DNA of 32,000 nt from Candidatus Harpocratesius repetitus (GCA_021498095.1 JAIZWK010000001.1:3660001-3692000); one strand, 5' to 3'. Positions 8,438 to 18,628 are shown, counted from the first letter of the stretch. Notes: a model not told the origin generated them from the letters alone. Program-made: numbers and translations.

Positions 8438-10339
8438 TTGAAATTAATGTTAGAACTTGATCATAATATAAAGAAAAAATTAATTATAGGAAACCACGCA
8501 GTTGTTCAAGGGCTACTTCAAGCAAAGGTTGGAGTTACCTCGGCATACCCGGGAACGCCAAGTACTGAAATTCAAACAGAATTATATAAATTATCCAAAA
8601 AAGGGAAGCTCTACTTTGAATTTTCAGTTAATGAGAAAGTTGCTTTTGAAATTGCTGCTGCTTCTGCAATGTCAGGCGTCCGTTCGGCTGTAATTATGAA
8701 ACATGTTGGATTAAATGTTGCATCGGATGCAATGATGGCCATGGCATATTTTGGAGTATTGGGGGGAATGCTACTTGTTGTGGTGGATGATCCGGGATGT
8801 TTATCTAGTCAAAATGAACAAGACTCCCGATTCTGGGGTCGATTTGCACATTTACCTGTTTTTGAGCCATCCACGAACCAAGAAATTATCGATATGATCC
8901 AAGTGGCATTTGAATTATCAGAAAAATACAATCAAATATGTATACTGCGCCTTACGAACTTTACTGCATTAAACACAAGTGAGGTAGAATACGTTCCCAT
9001 TGAAGAAAATTTACCTCATAATGGTGAATTTATCAGGGATATCAACTACCAAATCCCAGCACGGTATATTCTGCATAAAAATGCACACAATAAACTACTA
9101 CAATTCATAGATGATGAAAGGTTTACATCTTTGAATCCACTAATTGCCTCAAATGGAAAACCACAGTCTTCAGAGAAGTTAATCATTACTCACGGTGCAA
9201 TTTATCCAGTTGTTGCCTATTTAAACGATTATTATGAACTAAACTTACCGATATTAAAAATATCTGCGATTCATCCTTTGAATGAAGATTTGATACAAGA
9301 AATGATCAAACCTTTCAAATACCTCTATTTTATTGAAGAACTTGAACCCTATTTAGAGAGAGAATTTTTAGCGATAATAGGGAAGAATCATTTGGAACAA
9401 AAAGTATTTGGAAAAAAGGAACTTGAAGTTCCACAAGAAAACAGAATTGTTGCTGAGGCGTTAGCGATTCCTTTTGAACATATCAAAGGGGATCCAACAA
9501 ATTCAGAAACATTTATTCCAAAAATCAAACCATCACTTCCATTTGCACCGATATTGACTCAAAAAGAATTGGTAATTCCAAGAACATTACCTCGATTATG
9601 TGATGGTTGCCCTCACCGAGGAGCATTTTATGTAATCAAGAAAGCGACAAACTATGATGATATAATCCCTAGTGATATCGGCTGCTATGCTTTGGGTCAA
9701 GTTCCTCCAGTTCAAGTAGGAGACTTTTGGTTATGTATGGGAGGAGGCATTGGGACAGCATTAGGATTTTCTATTACTAATGATAAACCTGTAATTGCTG
9801 TAATTGGTGATGGAACATTCTTTCATGCAGGGATTCCACCCTTGCTAGATGCAGTTATGCATAATCGAAAGATTACGGTAGCAATTTTGGATAATTATTT
9901 AACATCAATGACTGGTGGTCAACCAACTGCTGGTTCACCAGAACGTATAGCCCCTGAACAAACTCAAATTGATATCGAAAAATTGGTTAAAGGATGTGGG
10001 GTTCAATGGGTTAAAAGAGTACCTGTTGAAAATATTAAAGAAAATATAAAAATCTTTAAAGAAGCATTAGCATTTGATGGACCCTCAGTGGTTATATTCA
10101 CTGGTATATGTGTTATTGATCTTTTTAGGAGTCAGAAAATTTTCGAGCAAGGAAATAAAAAAGTTTACATTGATCAAGACAAATGCACGAAGTGTGGAAC
10201 TTGTTTATATGATTTTAGCTGTCCTTCTATCTTGAAATATGATGGCAATTTTGTTATTAACCAAAATAGCTGCATTGCTTGTGATTTGTGTATAAATGTT
10301 TGTCCTGTTAATGCAATTTTAATAAAAGGAGAAAAATAG
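8438..10339 (+). CDS. iorA: Indolepyruvate:ferredoxin oxidoreductase alpha subunit (likely start ATG 8447)
   Basis: Motifs YPGTPSTEI, NEKVAFE, KHVGLNVASD, LCDGCPHRG, SDIGCY, TPP-binding GDGTFFH...DN...MTGGQP, and two C-terminal 4Fe-4S motifs. Confidence 0.95.
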   Translation: MKLMLELDHNIKKKLIIGNHAVVQGLLQAKVGVTSAYPGTPSTEIQTELYKLSKKGKLYFEFSVNEKVAFEIAAASAMSGVRSAVIMKHVGLNVASDAMMAMAYFGVLGGMLLVVVDDPGCLSSQNEQDSRFWGRFAHLPVFEPSTNQEIIDMIQVAFELSEKYNQICILRLTNFTALNTSEVEYVPIEENLPHNGEFIRDINYQIPARYILHKNAHNKLLQFIDDERFTSLNPLIASNGKPQSSEKLIITHGAIYPVVAYLNDYYELNLPILKISAIHPLNEDLIQEMIKPFKYLYFIEELEPYLEREFLAIIGKNHLEQKVFGKKELEVPQENRIVAEALAIPFEHIKGDPTNSETFIPKIKPSLPFAPILTQKELVIPRTLPRLCDGCPHRGAFYVIKKATNYDDIIPSDIGCYALGQVPPVQVGDFWLCMGGGIGTALGFSITNDKPVIAVIGDGTFFHAGIPPLLDAVMHNRKITVAILDNYLTSMTGGQPTAGSPERIAPEQTQIDIEKLVKGCGVQWVKRVPVENIKENIKIFKEALAFDGPSVVIFTGICVIDLFRSQKIFEQGNKKVYIDQDKCTKCGTCLYDFSCPSILKYDGNFVINQNSCIACDLCINVCPVNAILIKGEK

Positions 10340-10347
10340 GTGAAATT

Positions 10348-10959
10348 ATGAAGAATAGAATAAATATCGCAATAGTAGGGTTAGGAGGTCAAGGTGTTAT
10401 TACCCTTGCAAATTTGATTGCAGCAACCTACCATTCATTAGAAAAGCAAGTTTGTTTCAATGAGATCCATGGTCTTTCTCAACGTGGTGGATCCGTACAA
10501 TCACTTTTAGCAGTAAATGACAATGATTGCCCTGTATTTGCACTTGAGGATACTGATTATTTAATAGGAATGGAAAAATTAGAAACATTACGCTATTTAT
10601 ATACGAGTAAATCCCATCCAATTGTTATAATGGGAAATAGATATGAAATTAGAAATACAGTATATTTCGACTTGGAACATTTCCCAGAAGAAAAAGATAT
10701 TGATGCAGAAATCCGAAAACTGGTCAAAAAATTATATCTTTTTAATAGTGTAGACTATGAAAAGAAAATTTCTTTTCGGATTAAACCAACAAATATTGCT
10801 ATTTTTGGTGCATTAAGTGAATTTACTGAATTGGGATTAGATCCCAAAATTGCAAAGAAAAACGTCAGAAAACATTTTGCGAAAAATCCAATTGCACAGA
10901 GTTTTAATCTTACAGCATTTAAGGAGGGAAAATCATGGTTGAAGGAAATGAATCTGTAA
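10348..10959 (+). CDS. iorB: Indolepyruvate:ferredoxin oxidoreductase beta subunit
   Basis: Motifs GLGGQG and EIHGLSQRGGSV. Directly follows iorA. Confidence 0.92.
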   Translation: MKNRINIAIVGLGGQGVITLANLIAATYHSLEKQVCFNEIHGLSQRGGSVQSLLAVNDNDCPVFALEDTDYLIGMEKLETLRYLYTSKSHPIVIMGNRYEIRNTVYFDLEHFPEEKDIDAEIRKLVKKLYLFNSVDYEKKISFRIKPTNIAIFGALSEFTELGLDPKIAKKNVRKHFAKNPIAQSFNLTAFKEGKSWLKEMNL

Positions 10960-12026
10960 AAATTTTAGTTGTCGGACCTGGTGCTATTGGATGTGCAGTT
11001 GTAGGAAGTTTGGCATATCATAACATTCCAGTAAAGATTTTAGGTAAAGCACATCATAAAGATTATTTTTCAAAAAATCCTGCAAGATATATCAAAAATG
11101 ATGAAACATTAGAGGGAATGGCAGAAGTCTTAACTATGGATGAGTTAAAAGATAATCCATTTAAACCAGATTATATCATAATAACATTAAAAGCGAATCA
11201 TACTATTGATCTGATAAAGCAACTTGGAGAAGTTTATTCATCTGATATCCCTATAGTTTCACTCCAAAATGGATTGATCGCATATGATATTGCAGCGACT
11301 TCACTTTTCGATAATGTGTTTGGATGTGTTGTAGGATTTAATATTAAAAAGGAATCTCTTGGTGTTTCCATTCAAGCATCTGAAGGTTCATTAGTTTTAG
11401 GCAGAATATCAGGAAAAGATAATAAAAGTAGCGACGTCCCAGACTTTATAAGAAATTCATTGGAAAAAGTGGCACCTTTAATAATTTCTGAGACAATTGC
11501 AGGTGATATTTGGATGAAAGTTCTGATCAATTCAGTTATCAATCCATTAAGTGCGATTGGTGATTGTGCTTTGGGAGAATTAGCAAATTCTAATGAAAGT
11601 GTTTACTTATGTCTTTGGGCATGGAAAGAAATGGTTGATGTTGCCATAAAACATGGAATTACACTTAATCCGTTTGAAGGAAAGCTTTACCCCGAAGTGC
11701 TTTATATCTATGATATTATTAGTTATGCGATTGCCCGTACTGTATTGAGTCGAATAGTTTACCCTCATCGAAATGCAATAATTTCAATGCTGCAAGACAT
11801 TCGAGCAGGAAGAATAACCGAGATCGATTATCTTAATGGTAAAATTCTTGAAATTGGAAAATCTTATGGAATGGATCTTCCTGTAAACGAATTATTAGTT
11901 GATTATGTAAAACAATTAGAGCAAAAGAAAATTCATGGTGGAAAAGCATTATTACGAAAGTTTTATCGACAAGTTCTTTCAACTCGAAATCGAAATACAG
12001 CGCCTAAATATTATATAGAATATTAG
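10935..12026 (+). CDS. panE: 2-dehydropantoate 2-reductase (PanE/ApbA) family oxidoreductase
   Basis: GPGAIG Rossmann motif plus LKA, SLQNGL, WMKVLINSVINPLSA and SMLQDIRAGRITEIDYLNG. Overlaps iorB by 25 nt. Confidence 0.85.
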   Translation: MVEGNESVKILVVGPGAIGCAVVGSLAYHNIPVKILGKAHHKDYFSKNPARYIKNDETLEGMAEVLTMDELKDNPFKPDYIIITLKANHTIDLIKQLGEVYSSDIPIVSLQNGLIAYDIAATSLFDNVFGCVVGFNIKKESLGVSIQASEGSLVLGRISGKDNKSSDVPDFIRNSLEKVAPLIISETIAGDIWMKVLINSVINPLSAIGDCALGELANSNESVYLCLWAWKEMVDVAIKHGITLNPFEGKLYPEVLYIYDIISYAIARTVLSRIVYPHRNAIISMLQDIRAGRITEIDYLNGKILEIGKSYGMDLPVNELLVDYVKQLEQKKIHGGKALLRKFYRQVLSTRNRNTAPKYYIEY

Positions 12027-12163
12027 AAATTGAAAAAATATCAAAATCAGTGCTATAATTAGGATTTAAATCCTGCTTTTTTATTTCCTTTTTTAATAAC
12101 AATTTTTGAAATTATTTCAATAAAAATTATCAAAGAAAAGTTTTTTCGTTAAGAGATTAATTA

Positions 12164-13690
12164 ATGAGTTATATGGAATTTTTAAACAATCCAAGTTTTC
12201 AAACAAGTTTGAATTCATTTGATGAAGGAATTATATTTACAGATGCTTTAGGAAAAGTTATACATTGTAATTCTAAAATATGTGAAATTTTAGGTATGAC
12301 AGAAAATGAACTTAAGAAATATGCCGTATCAGAAGTTATTAACCTTCAAAACCAAAACAAAAGTGTTACATTCGAGGATTTCTATAAAAAAGCATTAGAA
12401 ACAAAGGAAACTGATAGTATCCCATATCCAACATGTTTGCTAGATAAAAAAAAAAAAGAGCATTACACAAAAATTATAATAGATATCATTAAATCACAAG
12501 ATAAATCAAATGAGATAACTGGTTCAATTATACGCATCTATGATCAAACAGATAAATATCTTCTTCAGCATGAATTACAAAGAGCTTTGCGTTTAAAATC
12601 ATTATCCCAATTGTTAAGCGGTTTAGCTCATGATTTTAATAACATTTTAACAAGTATTTTAGGAAATGTGAGTTTAGCTAAATTTGAAATTAAAGAAGAA
12701 AATAAGATCTGGAATTTATTAAATGATGCAGAGACAGGAATCGAAAAAGCACGAGATTTAACTAAACAATTATTAACTTTCTCTGCTGAAGAACAAAAAG
12801 AGAAGGAACTTGTTGCACTACCTGAAATATTGAATGAAATGATAAATTTTACCCTCTCTGGAAGTAATGTATCTGCAAAATTTGATTTAAAACAAGATTT
12901 ATGGCCAGTTTACATAAATAAAACGCAAATAAGTTTAGTTTTTTATCAAATTGTATTAAATAGTATTCATGCCATGCCTTTAGGCGGAGAAATTGAAATA
13001 AAAGCTTATAATCAAATAATTGAAAAAGATAACTCAAAAATGTATAATCCAGGTAACTATGTTGTTATAGAAATTCAAGATCAAGGCATTGGTATTCCTA
13101 AAGAAGAGTTGGATTATATTTTTGATGAATTGCATCAAAGTGATTACCTAAGTCCTGATGTAAATTTTTCGACTGTGAAAAATATTATTGATCAACATCT
13201 TGGTTATATTGATATTAAATCAAAACTTGGAGTAGGAATCACCTTTACATTATATCTTCCAGCAGAATACGCAGAAATTTCAAAAATAAAAGAACAAACC
13301 CCCGTTGAAAAGCAATTTACTGGAAAAATTCTAATTATGGATGACGAAATGATAATTTTGAAAGTATTAAATAAAATGCTTACTCAGTTAGGTTTTGAAG
13401 TAGTTTCTGCATCAAATTCTGATGAAACAATTAAAATCTTTAAAAAATATTTAGATGCACATGATCCATTTAAAATTGTTATTTTAGATTTGACAATTAG
13501 AGGAGGTAAAGGAGGAATTGAAACGTTACAAGAATTATTAAGGCTCAACCCATCGGTCAAAGCAATTGCATCAAGTGGTTATGCAACAGATAAAATTATG
13601 ATACATTTTCGTGACTATGGATTTTCAGGTAGCCTGGTAAAACCATATAAATTAGAAGAATTACAAGAAACATTAAGGAAATTGTTATAA
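12164..13690 (+). CDS. Hybrid PAS-HisKA-HATPase-receiver protein (CckA-like) with degenerate ATP lid
   Basis: PAS (DEGIIFTD..G.VIHCN), H-box GLAHDFNNILT, G1 DQGIGI and receiver (MDDE, LDLTI, SSG, KPY) are present. The F/G2 boxes are degenerate. Confidence 0.88.
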   Translation: MSYMEFLNNPSFQTSLNSFDEGIIFTDALGKVIHCNSKICEILGMTENELKKYAVSEVINLQNQNKSVTFEDFYKKALETKETDSIPYPTCLLDKKKKEHYTKIIIDIIKSQDKSNEITGSIIRIYDQTDKYLLQHELQRALRLKSLSQLLSGLAHDFNNILTSILGNVSLAKFEIKEENKIWNLLNDAETGIEKARDLTKQLLTFSAEEQKEKELVALPEILNEMINFTLSGSNVSAKFDLKQDLWPVYINKTQISLVFYQIVLNSIHAMPLGGEIEIKAYNQIIEKDNSKMYNPGNYVVIEIQDQGIGIPKEELDYIFDELHQSDYLSPDVNFSTVKNIIDQHLGYIDIKSKLGVGITFTLYLPAEYAEISKIKEQTPVEKQFTGKILIMDDEMIILKVLNKMLTQLGFEVVSASNSDETIKIFKKYLDAHDPFKIVILDLTIRGGKGGIETLQELLRLNPSVKAIASSGYATDKIMIHFRDYGFSGSLVKPYKLEELQETLRKLL

Positions 13691-13715
13691 GTGCGAATTT
13701 TTTATCAAAGAATAA

Positions 13716-14855
13716 TTATTTTAAAAATTCAGTTATTTTTTTTTGATTTTTGCTTTTTTCAACTCTGAAATTTGAAAATTTAATTCCAATTAATCGAATT
13801 TTTCTTTCAGAATGTTTAAATTCTTCAAGTAGTTCTTGAAATACTGCTTTTGCAGTACTAATTGAACAAGTTGGAGAAGCTAATGATTGAGCTCGAGTGT
13901 ATGTAATAAAACCTTGAAATCGGATTTTTACTGATATTGTTCTATAAAACATATTGTATTCCTTCATTTTTTTATGTAATTTTCGATTCATCGAATCAAT
14001 TTTTTCCATAACTAAAGAAAAATCATCAGTATCTTCGTGAAATGTCCGTTCAGAACTTATAGATTTAGGATCATATATATTCCGAGAATCGTGAACTTTT
14101 CGACGATCTTGGCCATGAATAGCATTGAATAACCATTTTCCAGAAGTTCCCAATTTTCGGGATAATTCTGGCAACGATAACTCATAAATATCTTTAAAAG
14201 TGCGGATTTCTTTGGAATAGTAAAAAAATTTGGTTTTTTTTCCTATTCCTGGAATTGCAGTTATTGGAAGATTTTGAAGTAAATTTTTATAATTTGTTGG
14301 TGTTATTACTGTAATTCCATCAGGTTTATGAAAATCAGATCCAATCTTTGCCAGAGTTTTAGAAAAAGCAACACCTATTGAACATGTTACACCAACTTCA
14401 GACTTGACTCGTTCTTTTATAGAAAAAGCTATTTTTTCAGCTTGTTGAAAATTACTTATTACATTGCTCATATCAAGATATGCTTCATCGATACTTGCTT
14501 GTTGAAAAGTATTTGAATAATTTTGAAGAATTTTCATAACCTTTTCAGAAATTTCTTTGATTCGATTGAATCGTGGTCGAAGATAAACTGCAAATGGGCA
14601 AAGTTCATATGCTCGAGAAATTGGCATACCAGAATGAACACCATAATCCCGTGCTTCATAAGAACAAGTTGATACTACCCCCCTTCCTTTTCCTTTTTTT
14701 GGATCAGCACCTATAATTAAAGGAACACCGACTAATTCTGGATGATCGAATAATTCTACAGCTGCAAAAAAGCAGTCTAAATCCACATGGAATATTATAT
14801 CAAGCATTCTTGTTCCTATTTGAAAATTATCATATATCCTTTTAAAATGAACCAC
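13716..14855 (-). CDS. dinB: Y-family DNA polymerase IV
   Basis: Motifs HVDLDCFFAAVE, VVSTCSYEAR.YGV.SGMP, SIDEAYLD, AKIGSDFHKPDG and KSISSERTF. Confidence 0.95.
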   Translation of the reverse strand: MVHFKRIYDNFQIGTRMLDIIFHVDLDCFFAAVELFDHPELVGVPLIIGADPKKGKGRGVVSTCSYEARDYGVHSGMPISRAYELCPFAVYLRPRFNRIKEISEKVMKILQNYSNTFQQASIDEAYLDMSNVISNFQQAEKIAFSIKERVKSEVGVTCSIGVAFSKTLAKIGSDFHKPDGITVITPTNYKNLLQNLPITAIPGIGKKTKFFYYSKEIRTFKDIYELSLPELSRKLGTSGKWLFNAIHGQDRRKVHDSRNIYDPKSISSERTFHEDTDDFSLVMEKIDSMNRKLHKKMKEYNMFYRTISVKIRFQGFITYTRAQSLASPTCSISTAKAVFQELLEEFKHSERKIRLIGIKFSNFRVEKSKNQKKITEFLK

Positions 14856-15137
14856 ATATAATGGCTAATAATTTGTATAGTGAATGATAATATTATTTTA
14901 CTAATTTTTAAATCAGTAAAAAAATTTAACGAAAATGACACTTAAATCAAGGTTTTTTGTTATGGATCGTATGATTTTTAAAAAAAATATCATACTCATA
15001 CCAAATTTCATTCAAATTTTATTTTTAGACAAAAATGGAGAGTTTTTACATTTTTTCTTGATTCAGTTTGATAAACTTAAAAAACAAATACTTATTTAAT
15101 TAATAAAATAAATTACTAATCAAAAATTAATAGTTCA

Positions 15138-16322
15138 GTGTTTAATATGAAAGAAAAACCAGATTGGCTTGTTGTCTCGGAAGAGATTATGGCAGGATAT
15201 AAATTAAGTAATTTTTTCCGAGTTTTATGGATGGGGCGATTTAAGGTTCATCCAAAATATTGGTTGCGCTTGGGGTATGCCTTTGCTCTTTCAATTTTTA
15301 CCGTACCAATGCGAATAATTCAAAAACAGAAATTACGAAAAGCCTTAAAAGGGCGTGAAATTAAAACTGATCCACTCTTTATAGTTGGAAATTATAGAAC
15401 AGGCACTACTTACTTAATTACCACACTTTCAAAGGACAAATCAAAAGGATACGTTTCAAATCTGATTGGTTATGCCTTTTCATTTTTCTTAGCAATTCCA
15501 AAACTTACCCGCAAAATCATTGATGCTTCATTACCAGAAACAAGACCAATGGATAATGTTATTATGGGAGCTGATGAACCCACAGAAGAAGAATACTGCT
15601 TAGGAACATATTCAAAATATGGGTATTATCATGGTATGGTTTTTCCACAGAAATTTCGTGAATTTGCCAAGTACCACAGCTTTCACGATCTTCCCAAAGA
15701 TGCCCGCAAATGGCAGAAACAATATGATTATCTACTCCGAATCTTAGATTATATTTATGATGGCAAACAATTGTATTTGAAAAATCCTGCTATTTGTTTT
15801 CGAGTTAAATATATTTTAGAAAAATATCCAAACGCTAAATTCATCTTTACATATCGAAATCCATACACGCTATATGCTTCAAATTTGAATTATTATCAGA
15901 AAGTTGTTCCTCTATACACATTACAGAATTTTACTGATGACATGCTCAAAGAAGAGATTTTAGATCACTATAGTGAAATGGTAAAAATGTGGAAAAAGGC
16001 AAAGAAAATAATCCCTGATGGAAATTATATAGAAATTCAATATGAGAAATTTTTAGAAGATCCAATGACCCATATGGAGAAGATTTACCGCCAATTTAAT
16101 TTAACCAATTGGGAAGAAGCAAAAAAAGGATTCCAAGCACATATTGATAGTCAAAAAACATACCAAGTGAACAAATTTGATATTTCGGATGAAGTAATAA
16201 ACATTGTAAATGCACATTGGGGAGATATTATTGATTATTTTGGTTATGAGCGTTTAGAACCAAAAGAGCAAGCACCTCTACCTTCAATAAAAAAATCAGT
16301 ACCTGAAAAAATAACAAAATAA
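15138..16322 (+). CDS. PAPS-dependent sulfotransferase (Sulfotransfer_3 / Stf3-like)
   Basis: 5'-PSB motif GNYRTGTTYL, RPMDN..MG...P.EEE, KNP, 3'-PB motif YRNPY...S, and YEKFLEDP. Confidence 0.85.
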   Translation: MFNMKEKPDWLVVSEEIMAGYKLSNFFRVLWMGRFKVHPKYWLRLGYAFALSIFTVPMRIIQKQKLRKALKGREIKTDPLFIVGNYRTGTTYLITTLSKDKSKGYVSNLIGYAFSFFLAIPKLTRKIIDASLPETRPMDNVIMGADEPTEEEYCLGTYSKYGYYHGMVFPQKFREFAKYHSFHDLPKDARKWQKQYDYLLRILDYIYDGKQLYLKNPAICFRVKYILEKYPNAKFIFTYRNPYTLYASNLNYYQKVVPLYTLQNFTDDMLKEEILDHYSEMVKMWKKAKKIIPDGNYIEIQYEKFLEDPMTHMEKIYRQFNLTNWEEAKKGFQAHIDSQKTYQVNKFDISDEVINIVNAHWGDIIDYFGYERLEPKEQAPLPSIKKSVPEKITK

Positions 16323-16403
16323 ATATTATCCTAAAAGATTTTTACGTAATATTCTTTTTTTTAAAATTTTTCTTATAATTTACTTAATTGAAACGTTTAT
16401 CTC

Positions 16404-17714
16404 TTAAATATCTAATAACCATTTCCAAAGTGGTTTGATGTGAATGATTTTTTCTTTGAATTCTTCTTTACCCTCACTATTCCATGTTAAAAGTAAAAGA
16501 TTTTGACATTTTAGATCTTCACTACCAATTATTAAAGCGCGAAACTCTCTATCTTTTGTCTGAAAATCTTCAATTGTATATGATACTTGAATTAATTGTT
16601 TAACTTTAGCACCTTTCTTCACTACAAAATCAATTTCTTTTCCATTTTTAGTATAATATCTAATATTTTCTTCTCCTTCTCTTCTTAGTAATTCAATATA
16701 AACACAATTTTCGAGTAATCTACCACGATCTTCTATACCAGATATTCTTAATATTCCATTATCTACAAAATATATTTTACGTATTGAATTTTCTTCAGTT
16801 TTATAGGATTTAGCATACTTTTTTAGCGAAAAAATAATCATAGAATCTTTTAAATATTCTAAATAATCGTATAATGTATTTTTACTTATTTTAAAGCCAG
16901 ATGTTTTCAAATAATTAAAAAATTTATTTACAGAAAATTGTTTTGAGTTAATTAAAGCCTTAAATAGAATTCGAAGTAATTTTATATTACGAATATTATA
17001 TCTCTCAATAATGTCTTTTTGTATTGTTACCTCGATTATTTCATGTAATATTTTTTCTTTTACTTGTTCCAATAAACAAACTTCAGGATAAGAGCCCCAA
17101 TTTAAAAATTTCCATGTAAGATTTTTTATTATATTCTCTTCTTTTGAAGATAGAAATTTATTTAAAATAAAACTTTGAAATGTGAGAAAATCTCGAAAAC
17201 TCAAAGGATAAACTTCAAATATCAAACTTCTACCCCTCATTTGTGTAGAAATCTCTTTACTTAATAATTTTGATGATGAACCTGAGAGATATACATGAAT
17301 TCCTTTATCTATTAAACTTCTAACCCATATTTCCCAATTTATCAAAACTTGAATTTCATCCAAAAAAAACCAGATTTCTTTTGAATAATTTTCTGGATAA
17401 ATAGTATAAAAAATATCCAAGAAATCAATCATATCATTAATATTAACACCAAACAATTCAATTGATTCAAAATTTATGTATAATATTTGATTAATTGAGA
17501 TTTTTTTTTTTAAGAGTTGTTGAATCAATATAAACATTTCATAAGTTTTTCCACATCTACGTGGTCCAATTATATTAATTGTGCGATTTGTTTTTAATTC
17601 AATTGGTATTTGAAGAGATCTGGAGTGGATATTTGATGGCAATGGGGATTCAGCAAAGTTTTTAATGAGTTTAATCCATTGATCTCGTTTTATCATAAAT
17701 ATATAGAAGGACAA
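16404..17714 (-). CDS. AAA+ ATPase (COG1373-like, AAA_14 + wHTH + DUF4143); likely start ATG 17696
   Basis: Walker A GPRRCGKT, Walker B FFLDEIQ, SGSSSKLL, GSYPEV, HTH segment (KISKNTLYDYLEYL) and C-terminal ENCVY...EIDFV...IQVS. Confidence 0.88.
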   Translation of the reverse strand: MSFYIFMIKRDQWIKLIKNFAESPLPSNIHSRSLQIPIELKTNRTINIIGPRRCGKTYEMFILIQQLLKKKISINQILYINFESIELFGVNINDMIDFLDIFYTIYPENYSKEIWFFLDEIQVLINWEIWVRSLIDKGIHVYLSGSSSKLLSKEISTQMRGRSLIFEVYPLSFRDFLTFQSFILNKFLSSKEENIIKNLTWKFLNWGSYPEVCLLEQVKEKILHEIIEVTIQKDIIERYNIRNIKLLRILFKALINSKQFSVNKFFNYLKTSGFKISKNTLYDYLEYLKDSMIIFSLKKYAKSYKTEENSIRKIYFVDNGILRISGIEDRGRLLENCVYIELLRREGEENIRYYTKNGKEIDFVVKKGAKVKQLIQVSYTIEDFQTKDREFRALIIGSEDLKCQNLLLLTWNSEGKEEFKEKIIHIKPLWKWLLDI

Positions 17715-17911
17715 AAATATAAAAAGTTTCCCTCTAAAAAAATATAAATTTAAAGAATATTTCCTTCTATATACTATTTTTAATTTTTTAAAACCTATCT
17801 ATTCTAAATGAAAATGAATAAACAGTGAAAAATAAGAAATTATTCCAAACAGAATGTAGATTAAAGAAAGAAGAAAAAAAGAGCTTTTCAAAAAGGAACA
17901 AATTTGAATTA

Positions 17912-18292
17912 CTAAACCTTATCTAATTTTTGGAGTTTCAACAAATCGGGCATCTTTGCTTTAACTCTCACTAATTTTTGGCTGTATGCTTTCATACCAG
18001 AAATTTCTTTCTTATCAATTGCTAAAAAAATATCTTTTGACATTTCATATAATATATCGGGGTTTTCAGATTTAGATTGAATTAATGGCCCAGGAATACC
18101 TTTCTCAAGTTTAAAATGCCAATATTCACCTGTATCTGTAAAATAATATTGAACAACTTTATTCCAAGCCTTAAAGGCATTTCTTACTTTTGGATCAACA
18201 AATTTCAAACGATTTCGATCTAAAATTTCGAGAAATGTTTCAGATTTCTCAGATTTATCTTCATATACTTCACTTTCTATTGTTTCATTCAT
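17912..18292 (-). CDS. SCP2 sterol/lipid-binding domain protein
   Basis: Pattern QYYFTDTGEYWHFKLEKG...PDILYEMSKDIFLAI...ISGMKAYSQKLVRVK.KMPDLLKLQKL matches the SCP2 fold. Confidence 0.8.
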   Translation of the reverse strand: MNETIESEVYEDKSEKSETFLEILDRNRLKFVDPKVRNAFKAWNKVVQYYFTDTGEYWHFKLEKGIPGPLIQSKSENPDILYEMSKDIFLAIDKKEISGMKAYSQKLVRVKAKMPDLLKLQKLDKV

Positions 18293-18367
18293 TTTTTTTA
18301 CCTTTTAACCCTTATTAATTTGCTTTTTTGATTAATCTTACATTAATTAAAAGAAAAAAAATTCTTA

Positions 18368-18628
18368 CTATCCATATGAAAATTTAACTCCAGTCCCACC
18401 ATGAGGTTCCCCAAAATCGATTGCGTCAGCCATGCATACATTCCAGCATGCACCACATTCAACACAATTAGAGAGATTGATCGGTTTGTATATCTTTCCA
18501 ACCTTTTCCCATACTCTTGTTGTACAAAATTTAGCACATTGACCGCAACCAGTACACTTATCTTCAATGACTTTGATAAATTCCCCCGGGTCTCCATCAT
18601 AATATCTAAATTTCATCTCAATCTGCAT
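18368..18628 (-). CDS. 2x[4Fe-4S] ferredoxin, FixX-like
   Basis: CTGCGQCAKFC and CVECGACWNVC, plus a FixX-type C-terminus PHGGTGVKFSYG. The start overlaps the upstream stop (TAATG). Confidence 0.88.
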   Translation of the reverse strand: MQIEMKFRYYDGDPGEFIKVIEDKCTGCGQCAKFCTTRVWEKVGKIYKPINLSNCVECGACWNVCMADAIDFGEPHGGTGVKFSYG

